Shown here: piece after piece, positions 37,447 through 46,174 of the stretch
How positions within the stretch are numbered: position 1 is the stretch's first letter
How the letters are laid out: each line of letters begins with the position of its first letter
DNA from: an uncultured Methanospirillum sp.
GTDB taxonomy: Archaea > Halobacteriota > Methanomicrobia > Methanomicrobiales > Methanospirillaceae
DNA: 55,987 nucleotides
Direction of reading: 5' to 3'
NCBI GenBank assembly: GCA_964637135.1
Contig: CAZWTX010000006.1
Span: 62,001 to 117,987 of the forward strand
Program-made: the position numbers and the translations under genes
Notes under the pieces: generated by a model
Database searches by the model: none
The model's input: the letters and a program-made list of their open reading frames with translations, nothing else
Told to the model about the DNA's origin: nothing

Positions 37447-39382
37447 GTTTTCGCCGCTCCCGTTCCCGTTCAGCACGGTACTCCTTCATAAGATCGTCAA
37501 GCATCTCTTCCTTCTGCTCCTTGTGGTAGCGGGAATGCTCTTCCTGCCAGGCATCGACGGCTTCTTCAAGATGCTCACGAACACAAACCCCCACTTCACC
37601 CTTGATCCTGACCGGAACATCATTCTCTGAAACGAACGGGAGTTCAAATTCATGGAATAGTCTTTGTAAGGGTTCATTCATCTCACCGCTTTTTTTTCCA
37701 AGGATGAGAGCAGATACCCCTGCATCATGCAGTTCCTGAAGAGAAGCCCGCCCCCAGGAGCCGACTGATTTGACATACACTGGTTCGTCTTTTTTCAGCC
37801 CGGCAAGACTGGTAAGCACCCTGATGTTCTCACGCGAGAGATCCTCGAGAACCCGGATCGGGAGATTTCCCTCCTCCTGGCCGGTTTCGGTCTCTTTTAT
37901 CCGTTTCAATCTCCGGGAGAGTTTTTTGCTGTTCTTCTCCTCCTGTCTGAGCCGGTGTTTCAGGTTTTCAATGATAAGATCCCTCTTTTTTACCTCGGGA
38001 TCTGAACATACCCCTGCTTTCAGGCTCTCTTTTAGGGATTGGATCTGCTGGTTCCGGGAGGCGATCATCTGCCTGAGCCGGTTGTTATCTGCCTGGAGAT
38101 CACTGACGATCATCCTGAGATCTTTGAGGTTTCCTTCAAGAACCCGTATCCGTTCGTCTCCTGAACCGAGGGATATCGCAGGTTTCTGATCCTCTCTCGG
38201 CTTTACGCCATGACTGCGGCTCTCGAGGATCTGCTCTACCGTCTGCCCGCGGGTGAATCCGGCCTTCACATCCTCGAGATTGACACCCGGGGGGATCCTT
38301 CTAATGATCCCGGCCCACTTGTGATTCCAGTATCTGAATGCCTCAATCGCAGCAGTGAGGGCGTCACGTTCGTGATCATTGCCGTACCCGTATTTCCCGG
38401 CAAGCTCGTATTTCGTGTTGACACTGATATCCTGGCGGGGAATATAGGCAACTGCCTGGAATGCCCGTCTGATCTTCTCAACTGAAAACGGCATCGGTGA
38501 GACATCGGTGGCGATGATAAGTGGCTTTCCGAGCATGTAGAGGAATTCTATGACGTCTGACATCCCCATCTGCCGTGAACTGTGGATCCTGACCAGCTCA
38601 CCGTCCAGGTTCAGGGCTGCAATTCCGATAGTGGTTCCGGGATCAATCCCGATAATCAGGTGCCGCGGCTTACCGCTCAGCGGGACATAGCGGATCCGTT
38701 CAAGTCGTCTCCCGATGATTCTGATCTGGACATCCCCGCCCCGTGATGGAGAGACCGGTATCTCTTCTCTGGTTGCCCGCACATGGAAGAGAACCCGTGA
38801 TAATCCTCCAAATGCTTTGAATTCCTTCTTCCAGTAATCAAGACCTGCCATCTTCAGTTCCTGGTCGATTGCCCGTGCATGGGAGAGGACATTCCCGTGG
38901 ATCTTCCGGGCATACCGGTTCTGGCTCCATCCTCCTTTTCCGGGTGAACGGTTCCGTGAGACGACAATCTCGGTCTCCTTTTCAAACGCAACCACCTCAA
39001 CCCCTGCGCCGTGGTATGCAACCCAGGCGATGGCCCTCGCTTCCCCGAAGGGATCAAACTTGTCAAAGGAGAGATTGTACCGCCGTGCGATCTCGATCAG
39101 CCCGGTCTTCTGTTCACCGCCTGTTACCGAGACAAACTTCGTCTTCGGCGGGAGGGATTCAAGGAACCGGTAGAGATCCTGGGTATGGTGAGCTACTTCC
39201 TGGATACTATCAACGGCGAGAATGTCTGGCTGGTACTGGTGAACCATCCTGAACAGCCGGTGGAGTGTGACAGATGTTTCTCCGGTGATATTGCCATCTT
39301 CAACGGTTACCAACGCGTAGGTTGGCTGGACCGTATGGGACCTGACAGATCCCCTGATGATATCAATACCAAAGATCTTCAC
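37439..39382 (-). CDS. DUF460-domain protein (two RNase H-like modules plus coiled coil)
   Basis: IFGIDI, IIGIDPGTT.GIA, DHERDAL.AA, long C-terminal coiled coil. Confidence 0.87.
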   Translation of the reverse strand: MKIFGIDIIRGSVRSHTVQPTYALVTVEDGNITGETSVTLHRLFRMVHQYQPDILAVDSIQEVAHHTQDLYRFLESLPPKTKFVSVTGGEQKTGLIEIARRYNLSFDKFDPFGEARAIAWVAYHGAGVEVVAFEKETEIVVSRNRSPGKGGWSQNRYARKIHGNVLSHARAIDQELKMAGLDYWKKEFKAFGGLSRVLFHVRATREEIPVSPSRGGDVQIRIIGRRLERIRYVPLSGKPRHLIIGIDPGTTIGIAALNLDGELVRIHSSRQMGMSDVIEFLYMLGKPLIIATDVSPMPFSVEKIRRAFQAVAYIPRQDISVNTKYELAGKYGYGNDHERDALTAAIEAFRYWNHKWAGIIRRIPPGVNLEDVKAGFTRGQTVEQILESRSHGVKPREDQKPAISLGSGDERIRVLEGNLKDLRMIVSDLQADNNRLRQMIASRNQQIQSLKESLKAGVCSDPEVKKRDLIIENLKHRLRQEEKNSKKLSRRLKRIKETETGQEEGNLPIRVLEDLSRENIRVLTSLAGLKKDEPVYVKSVGSWGRASLQELHDAGVSALILGKKSGEMNEPLQRLFHEFELPFVSENDVPVRIKGEVGVCVREHLEEAVDAWQEEHSRYHKEQKEEMLDDLMKEYRAERERERRKHG

Positions 39383-40236
39383 CCTATCACGCGGGCTCTG
39401 AGTTCCTCAAGAGAACACTCAATCCTGTATTTCCGTTGGAAAAACCTGCTGATGGTTTCAAGGTCATGATCAAGGATCTCTTTAGCATTGAGATGATCCG
39501 GGGATACCCATTGCGGCCAGTCGATGATCCAGACCTTCTCCCCATCGGTCATGATATTATATTCCGAGAGATCCCCGTGGATGAAACCTTTCCGGTAGGC
39601 TTTGGTGATCTCGGTGATGATCGATTCAAAGACCGGCTCAGGATTATCAAGGGTGACAACATTGAGATTTGCGCCCTGGAGAAGTGACATGGCAATCACG
39701 TTCCGGCTCATCGAAATCGGAACCGGGACCGAAACCGTCCGGTAGAGGGCAGAGAGAGCAAGGTATTCCTGCTCGGCGGAGAGGTGGGAGGCAAGGATCC
39801 ACGGACAGTGTCCGTTATCAGGCATAAAGGTCCGGCTCTTGCGGGCGGTCTGAAAAGACCGCTGACCGAGGCGGTGAAGCTTGAGGATGAGGGGTCCTAT
39901 TCCGAGTGCCTCGTAGACTATTGCCTCCTTTCCCTCTCCTACCATGGAACCAAGTGCTGATATGACTCCTTTTTTCGTCAGGTGTTCAATGGCAAGGGTA
40001 TCATACCCGGTGAAGATCAGGGCATATCCCTGGTACGGAACCTGGGCGCTTTTCACCAATCCTCTCTCCATCAGCCTTCCTGCACGGTACCGGGTCTCGG
40101 TCTCTGACAGGCGGGTATTGTGGATCAGTTCCTCAAGGGGAACCCAGTCGTACCGTTTCATGAGGTACTCGACTGACTGGAGAACCTTGAGATCATATTT
40201 ATGGAGAGACCGGATCAGGTCTGCTGAAAGAGGCAT
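39379..40236 (-). CDS. rio2: RIO2-type atypical Ser/Thr kinase
   Basis: N-terminal wHTH (GYAL.FTGYD.LA), GEGKEA, IHGDLSEYNI, IIDWPQ. Confidence 0.92.
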   Translation of the reverse strand: MPLSADLIRSLHKYDLKVLQSVEYLMKRYDWVPLEELIHNTRLSETETRYRAGRLMERGLVKSAQVPYQGYALIFTGYDTLAIEHLTKKGVISALGSMVGEGKEAIVYEALGIGPLILKLHRLGQRSFQTARKSRTFMPDNGHCPWILASHLSAEQEYLALSALYRTVSVPVPISMSRNVIAMSLLQGANLNVVTLDNPEPVFESIITEITKAYRKGFIHGDLSEYNIMTDGEKVWIIDWPQWVSPDHLNAKEILDHDLETISRFFQRKYRIECSLEELRARVIG

Positions 40237-40277
40237 CCGCTTAGGGTTTATGGTATCAGTTCGTTAAATTTCATTGT

Positions 40278-41036
40278 ATGTCAGAACGGTGTGACCGGTG
40301 CAGCCGTGACGCGATCCTCTGCCAGCAATATTCCGGCCGTCATCTCTGTGCCGTACACCTTGCCGCCGATCTGATCCGTCGTGCCAAGAAAAAAGTGAGG
40401 ATGCAGGGTGGATTAGGGAAAGGAGGTAATGCAGCAGTTTTATGGGAAGGGTGCCGGACCCTGCCCCTTCTCTCATTTCTTGATCTGCTCTGTGGAGACC
40501 GGAGAGATCTCTCTTTTTTCCTGATCATAGTCCCCGGATACTGTTCAGATCCGGAACCATACACCGGGTCCTTCAGGATCCCGTATACTCATCTCTCCCT
40601 TTCGTTCCCTGAAGGATCCGGCCGGCCGGCAGAATCATGTTCTCTCTCTCCCCTGCTGAATCCTGATCGCCTCTCTGACCTGGTCCGTATCGCCACCGGG
40701 AACGGGATCCGGATCATCTTCCGATCGGAAACCCTGGATGACCTGGCGGCAGGGATTCTCAGGCAGGTGCTTGAGGGTGATACCGCTTCACTGGTTGGTA
40801 TGGACATCCCGTCCAGGCTCGCAATCCGTACGCCCTTCGGAGAGATACCATTCCCCGAAGTTGAGCACTTTACCGCTTTTTCCGGGCACCCGGTCCCTGA
40901 CAGATGCCTGGCACCAGAATGCGGGGTCTTCTCCCTCCTTGAAACGCTTACCGCCAGTCATCCATCCGTCCCGTATGCTCTTCTCTCGTATGGCCGGAAG
41001 ATAGCAGCCCTTTCCGGGAAGAACACCCTGTACTGA
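40278..41036 (+). CDS. TtuA/Ncs6-like protein with degenerate catalytic motifs
   Basis: N-terminal CDRC...YSGRHLC..H Zn finger, TLDDLA, IRTPF. The PP-loop SGGKDS is absent. Confidence 0.65.
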   Translation: MSERCDRCSRDAILCQQYSGRHLCAVHLAADLIRRAKKKVRMQGGLGKGGNAAVLWEGCRTLPLLSFLDLLCGDRRDLSFFLIIVPGYCSDPEPYTGSFRIPYTHLSLSFPEGSGRPAESCSLSPLLNPDRLSDLVRIATGNGIRIIFRSETLDDLAAGILRQVLEGDTASLVGMDIPSRLAIRTPFGEIPFPEVEHFTAFSGHPVPDRCLAPECGVFSLLETLTASHPSVPYALLSYGRKIAALSGKNTLY

Positions 41037-41118
41037 TCCCGTCCGGTCTGGAAAATTAATGGCAGGCCGGAATGACCTGTCAGCATATTTCTTAAGAACG
41101 CTCCTCAGATAGAACATC

Positions 41119-41874
41119 ATGCAACCGAACCGGGATCCGGGGAAGACCATCAGTGAGATTGAGGATCTTCTCCGCCAGTCGCTTGAAGTCACCGGGGCAG
41201 AGGGGTATGTCATCGGAGTGTCCGGAGGTGTTGACTCAGCGGTTGTTGCCGCCCTTTGTGTCCGTGCTGCCGGACCTGACCGGGTGCATGGGATCTTTCT
41301 CCCGAGTGACCTGACCCCGGTTTGTGACCACAGGGATGTCGCTGATCTCCGGTCAGCGTTTGGATTCTCCCTCTCAACCGTTTCAATCGGGAGGATCCTG
41401 GATGAATATATGAGAATTCCCGGATTTACCATGACCCCGTACCTTCTGGGGAATCTGATGGCACGAATCCGGATGAGCATTCTCTATTACCACGCGAACC
41501 GGGATGGAATGATGGTCTGCGGAACGTCGAACCGGACCGAGTATCTTCTCGGGTACTGTACAAAATACGGGGATAACGCGGCTGATATCCAGCCGATTAT
41601 TCATCTTCAGAAGAGTGAGGTATGGGAGTGTGCCCGTATCCTGGGAGTACCTGATCAGATCATCATCCGGGCGCCGAGTGCCGGCCTCTGGGAGAACCAA
41701 ACCGATGAAGAAGAACTGGGATTCACCTATGCCGAACTAGATTCTGTCATTACCGCTCTTGAGGAATCGGGATGGAGAGTTACAACACCCCGTGAGGAAC
41801 AGATACTGGCGAGAATTAACCGTTTCTCACATAAGAGAAATCCGCCCCCTCAGGTGAAAAGGGAGAGTGCCTGA
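41119..41874 (+). CDS. nadE: NH3-dependent NAD+ synthetase
   Basis: GVSGGVDS, GNLMARIRM, GTSNRTE...GYCTKYGD, PSAGLWENQTDEEELG. Confidence 0.96.
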   Translation: MQPNRDPGKTISEIEDLLRQSLEVTGAEGYVIGVSGGVDSAVVAALCVRAAGPDRVHGIFLPSDLTPVCDHRDVADLRSAFGFSLSTVSIGRILDEYMRIPGFTMTPYLLGNLMARIRMSILYYHANRDGMMVCGTSNRTEYLLGYCTKYGDNAADIQPIIHLQKSEVWECARILGVPDQIIIRAPSAGLWENQTDEEELGFTYAELDSVITALEESGWRVTTPREEQILARINRFSHKRNPPPQVKRESA

Positions 41875-42554
41875 AACGCATTCCGATATTTCCGTGGATT
41901 GTTCAGGAAATCAAGTCTTGTCTCATCCCCGATCATCTGGTACAGGGATCTGTTGGGGAACGGATCAGGAAGCGGTCCGGCTGGCACCTGCCTGAGTTCC
42001 GCAGCCGCCTCCCCGTACTCTGCGTTTTTTCTTATCGATCCATCTGCAAAGAGATAGCAGGCTGCCCCCCTCTTCTGTTCATATGGCCTGTAGTCGCTCG
42101 AGAATGACGAGCTCACGAGATTCGCCATGGTGAGGGTATCCGGCCCGGGATTGATCGTAACATGCCCGTACCCGGGTGGAATAAGAACCAGGCTTCCTGC
42201 CGGTGCATCCACGAGGATGAGATCCCGAAGATCCATCCGCTGGAGGAGGTAAAGGGCCCTCCCCTCAAGAACTTCGTAGATTTCAGGATAATGATCCCCA
42301 TCCGGTGCGACCGGATGGTAATGACCCTTTGTCTTCACCCATTCACCGCAGATGGTGAGAAACGGTATCCGGGTGACATCGTACCGTATCCGGTGGGAGG
42401 AAAGCCATGCCCGATCGTTCTCGTTCTTTGCGATATCACGGAACATCTCGTATACCGGCCCGCAAAAGGTGCATGAACGGTCGGCAAGCACTCCGGTCAG
42501 TTCCTCGCCGGTCCTGATATCTGGATTGTCAAGGACAAGATCGAGCATTATCAT
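41850..42554 (-). CDS. pgi: Cupin-type glucose-6-phosphate isomerase
   Basis: YEMFRD, KTKGHYH, YPEIYEVLEG, IPPGYGHVTIN. Confidence 0.88.
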   Translation of the reverse strand: MIMLDLVLDNPDIRTGEELTGVLADRSCTFCGPVYEMFRDIAKNENDRAWLSSHRIRYDVTRIPFLTICGEWVKTKGHYHPVAPDGDHYPEIYEVLEGRALYLLQRMDLRDLILVDAPAGSLVLIPPGYGHVTINPGPDTLTMANLVSSSFSSDYRPYEQKRGAACYLFADGSIRKNAEYGEAAAELRQVPAGPLPDPFPNRSLYQMIGDETRLDFLNNPRKYRNAFQALSLFT

Positions 42555-42629
42555 TGATTCTCTTTTTTCTATAATAGGGTATTCCCATAAATCCGGCTTC
42601 GGGATTCTCCTGAGTCTGTCCGGAACCGT

Positions 42630-43376
42630 TCAGTAGTCCCTGATATCCCGCATCTGGGAGATGTCAATCACTCCTTTCATCGCCTGCATCCGGACTGCCA
42701 CTCCCTGTTCCTTGATCGCAGCCATCCAGTTTGTTCCCCCGAGGGCAGCAACCCCCATGTACTGGGGATCCACGGCGACTCCGAGGCAGGGGGTGTTGGG
42801 CAGGCCGACATCGAGAATGCCGGTGAAATAACTCTCGGTTATCTCCTCGAGAACTTCTTCCACCTTCTCCTCAGCTTCCATGTGGCATTGCCTGATGTTA
42901 CCGAGAAGACTCCCGTTTCCGCTCTTCATTACCTGTATGATCGAGGTGATCTCCTGGGAGATAAGAACCTGGAGGGGATCGATCGTGGTATATTCGTACT
43001 TGATCAGGTGGGTAAATCGCCGGGGAATATTCTCGGTCACCTCGACAACTCCGCCACCGATGGGGGTCATAGGGATTCCCCTCTTTGTGAGGAGTCCGTC
43101 AAGGGTTGTACTGCAGAGCGTGAGCATTCCGCCATATCCGGCAGGAATGGTAAACCCGTCGATCTCTTCACCGCTATCAAGAATCCTGACGAGAGTGCTC
43201 GGGGATATCCCGGCATCACAGGTTGCGCGGAAGATATCGATTGCCTGGGTTATTGAGTCTGATGGAATGAGGGTAAGGTTGTATACAATCGTCCCGGTTC
43301 CTTCTGCCGGATTGAAGGTAACCTTCATTGCATAGTCCTCTATCCGGTGACTGACAAACCGGAGGGGATCGGTCAT
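42630..43376 (-). CDS. NrpR regulatory-domain protein without wHTH (NrpRII/DUF128-like)
   Basis: VTFNP..GTG.IVYN, TLCSTTLDGLL, RFTHLI.Y..TTIDPL, GGTN. No DNA-binding domain. Confidence 0.83.
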   Translation of the reverse strand: MTDPLRFVSHRIEDYAMKVTFNPAEGTGTIVYNLTLIPSDSITQAIDIFRATCDAGISPSTLVRILDSGEEIDGFTIPAGYGGMLTLCSTTLDGLLTKRGIPMTPIGGGVVEVTENIPRRFTHLIKYEYTTIDPLQVLISQEITSIIQVMKSGNGSLLGNIRQCHMEAEEKVEEVLEEITESYFTGILDVGLPNTPCLGVAVDPQYMGVAALGGTNWMAAIKEQGVAVRMQAMKGVIDISQMRDIRDY

Positions 43377-43435
43377 ATCTCATTCTATCCTGTACAAAGA
43401 TACAAATATTGTTCTTTTTACAAGGTGAACCATAG

Positions 43436-44386
43436 GTGATGGAACAGAGGATCCGGGAAAAAGCGGTTCGAGCACTCAGTGATATTTTGAAAACGGCAGG
43501 ATATGATGTGCACCACGCCGCTCCCCCTCTCGATCTCTCAGCGAGCGCAGAGGGGAGATATCTTGTCATCATATGTTCGGATGACCGGGAAGAAGTTTCC
43601 AGGTTCGTGGATACCGAATATTCCATACGAACTGAATCCGGGGAAGAGAATTGCAGTAAACTGCTGATTACCTTTGATTCAACGATAGATGTCGACGGAT
43701 GCCTCATCTGGTATCCTCAGGATTTTGTCCAGTATGCCGGTGAGATGGTCATGGCACGGATTCTTGGGAGATCAATCGCGATCCCGATGAATGAGGACTC
43801 CCGGCCGGGTCATACCGGTCTCTCTGTTGGGGAGGATGAACCTGGGGACAAAATCCGGATTCCCCATCTCCCGGTCAGAATTTCACGCGACACTGCCGAG
43901 GAACGTTCAGGAATTGCCGGCGTCGTCAGTCTCCGGTTCATTCCCTTCTGGCTGTACCGATATGTCTCCCGGGGAAATGCTTCATTTAAGGAACAGACCG
44001 TTTCATTTGACGGTTCGGGAACCGGTGCCGTGAATGCGATCAACGGAGTTTTTTCAGACATCGATCCTGACTCGGTCACCCGCCGGGAGATTCCTGCGTC
44101 ATCAGATCTGGTTCATCCGGTCATCAGCCGGGAAGAGGCGATCACCCGCATCACCGGCCAGCTGGTGAAGATGATGACCCGGCAGGTGAAATCCCGCCAG
44201 GTAAAGGGAGATGCCATCTTCTATGAGGAGAAGAACCTCTCTCCTGACCATGAAAACTTTACTATCGAGCTGAAGGAGGTATATATTCCGGTCTGGCAGA
44301 TCAAGGGAAAGAAAATCGTTGAGATAAATGCCAATACCGGTGAACGGCTTTCAGAACCGATGGATGACGGGGTAGAGGTCTTTTAA
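43436..44386 (+). CDS. Hypothetical protein with degenerate restriction-endonuclease-like N-terminal domain
   Basis: LKTAGYDV...LDLSA....YLVIIC pattern. C-terminal FIPFWLY and YIPVWQI...INANTGE. Confidence 0.6.
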   Translation: MMEQRIREKAVRALSDILKTAGYDVHHAAPPLDLSASAEGRYLVIICSDDREEVSRFVDTEYSIRTESGEENCSKLLITFDSTIDVDGCLIWYPQDFVQYAGEMVMARILGRSIAIPMNEDSRPGHTGLSVGEDEPGDKIRIPHLPVRISRDTAEERSGIAGVVSLRFIPFWLYRYVSRGNASFKEQTVSFDGSGTGAVNAINGVFSDIDPDSVTRREIPASSDLVHPVISREEAITRITGQLVKMMTRQVKSRQVKGDAIFYEEKNLSPDHENFTIELKEVYIPVWQIKGKKIVEINANTGERLSEPMDDGVEVF

Positions 44387-44826
44387 GACTTCTTTTTAAA
44401 CACTCCCTGTAATTCTGCCAGACGTCCCAGAACCGCTTCCACGTGTCCGGGTACCCGGACGCTCCTCCATACACTCCTGATGATCCCGTCCGGATCCACG
44501 AGGAACGTCGACCGGTCAACACCCATGTACTCCTTCCCGTACATCTTTTTCTTCTTCCAGACGCCGTATGCTTCACATACACGGTGATCCCCGTCTGAGA
44601 GCAGTATCACCTTAAGATCATGCTTTTCCCTGAAATTCCTGTGACTGGCCGGGGTATCCGGGCTGATCCCGATCACAGCGATACCATTCGCAGCAAGTTC
44701 TTCGTATACCCCGGAGAAGGCAACCGCCTCGGCAGTGCAGGCAGAGGTGTTATCTTTCGGGTAGAAGTACAGAATAAACCAGTTGCCTGAGAACCTGCCC
44801 GGCTCATGGTTCCGGCCGGGTTTCAT
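44383..44826 (-). CDS. bcp: Peroxiredoxin Q/Bcp (N-terminus truncated or frameshifted)
   Basis: LYFYPKDNTSACTAEA (PxxxTxxC), GISPD, LLSD, RSTFLVDPDG. Confidence 0.85.
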   Translation of the reverse strand: MKPGRNHEPGRFSGNWFILYFYPKDNTSACTAEAVAFSGVYEELAANGIAVIGISPDTPASHRNFREKHDLKVILLSDGDHRVCEAYGVWKKKKMYGKEYMGVDRSTFLVDPDGIIRSVWRSVRVPGHVEAVLGRLAELQGVFKKKS

Positions 44827-44851
44827 CAGGTGAGGGACGGAACAGAGTGGA

Positions 44852-45331
44852 ATGCAGATAAAAATAGCAGCAATCGGGAAGATCAAGGAACAGTATCTCA
44901 GGGACGGGGTTGAAGAATACAGGAAGCGGATATCGGGATTCTGCACCTTCGAAATCAGCGAACATCCCGAGGTTCAGACTGCCGGGAACGATACCCGGGG
45001 GCCGGGAGGCGTAGGGGTGGAAAAGGAGGGGGTATTCCTCCTGTCCGCGGTCGGAGAAACGGATTGTGTGTTTGCCCTTGATCCTGCGGGCATCCAGATG
45101 GAGAGCAGATCGTTTGCAGAACGGTTGCACCGGTTTGAGCTTGAAGGGCCATACCGGATTGTCTTCCTGATCGGAGGGCCGGATGGTCTTTCCGATCAGG
45201 TCCGGTCACGGGCTGACATGCTTCTCTCCCTCTCAAAGATGACCTTCCCCCACCAGGTGGCCAGATTCATCCTCCTTGAACAGATCTACCGGTCATTCAC
45301 CATCAGCCGCGGCCTGCCATACCACCGGTAA
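44852..45331 (+). CDS. rlmH: 23S rRNA m3-pseudouridine-1915 methyltransferase (SPOUT)
   Basis: MQIKIAAIGK..E, EY.KRI, FLIGGPDGL, LSLSKMTFPHQ.AR..LLEQIYR...I.RG.PYHR. Confidence 0.95.
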   Translation: MQIKIAAIGKIKEQYLRDGVEEYRKRISGFCTFEISEHPEVQTAGNDTRGPGGVGVEKEGVFLLSAVGETDCVFALDPAGIQMESRSFAERLHRFELEGPYRIVFLIGGPDGLSDQVRSRADMLLSLSKMTFPHQVARFILLEQIYRSFTISRGLPYHR

Positions 45332-45341
45332 TAATACCCGT

Positions 45342-46004
45342 TTAACAGTTCGTGAGAGGAATTTTACTGTCAGAATGGCCCTTCCCAGCGCCATGAGCAT
45401 GAAACCGTATTGCACCGGTCTTTTGAATCAGGTCATCAACCGATACCGCCTGCTGATACAGGGATATCAGTTCCGGCCAGGGTGTTGCATATACAGAGGG
45501 ATCAATCCAGGTCTCTGAATCCTGGTCAGGCCCGTAGATCATGATATCTTCGCCGTCAGAAATGTGCGCGGAGTTCTCTTCAAATCCTCCCCGTGAATCG
45601 AGCCTGATCCACCGGTTGAGTTGCTCAAGGTATACTGCCGAAAACCCGTGAAGTACATACCGGTATTCATCGTCTCGTACCCGCTGGTAACAGAGGCCTG
45701 CCGGTATTCCGACTGCCCGGCAGAGGGCGACGAATAGATGTGCCTTCGCAAAACAGAGGCCGTGTCCGGTCATCAGGACATCAGATGCTTTCCAGACAAG
45801 TTCATGTTTCCCGTCATCGCAGGTATGGACGATGCGATCCCGTACAAATGTGAATAATGCATGGATCTGGTCGGCCTCGGACGGGGCGTTTCTGGTCAAT
45901 GTTCTTGCACAGGTGCGGATATCCGGATGGGTGCAGTTGATGACCTCGTTACAGGCGAGGTACGGTGCGGTGACATCCGGGGGACGGAGGGGGGGGAGAT
46001 GCAT
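45342..46004 (-). CDS. Transglutaminase-like cysteine protein
   Basis: FVRDRI.H, ASDVL..G.GLCFAKAHL..ALCRAVGIPA.LCYQR, LHG, WIRLD (Cys-His-Asp triad). Confidence 0.88.
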   Translation of the reverse strand: MHLPPLRPPDVTAPYLACNEVINCTHPDIRTCARTLTRNAPSEADQIHALFTFVRDRIVHTCDDGKHELVWKASDVLMTGHGLCFAKAHLFVALCRAVGIPAGLCYQRVRDDEYRYVLHGFSAVYLEQLNRWIRLDSRGGFEENSAHISDGEDIMIYGPDQDSETWIDPSVYATPWPELISLYQQAVSVDDLIQKTGAIRFHAHGAGKGHSDSKIPLTNC

Positions 46005-46174
46005 CAGGTATCACCAGCGAGTATTTCAGGTGGCCAACGCATCAACATTCCTATCCGTCAGTACGAGGATCTCAGAAAAAAATAGAGGTATCTGTAATTA
46101 CCCTATAGGCTATCAGTATTTTTTCAGGAGGTATGGTATGAATTATCGGGATTGCCAACAGAGATCTCACATAC

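Noticed and set aside
44827..44946. Hydrophobic 40-aa N-terminal extension on Bcp in the ORF track
   Set aside because: It is antisense to the conserved rlmH start and has no Bcp similarity.
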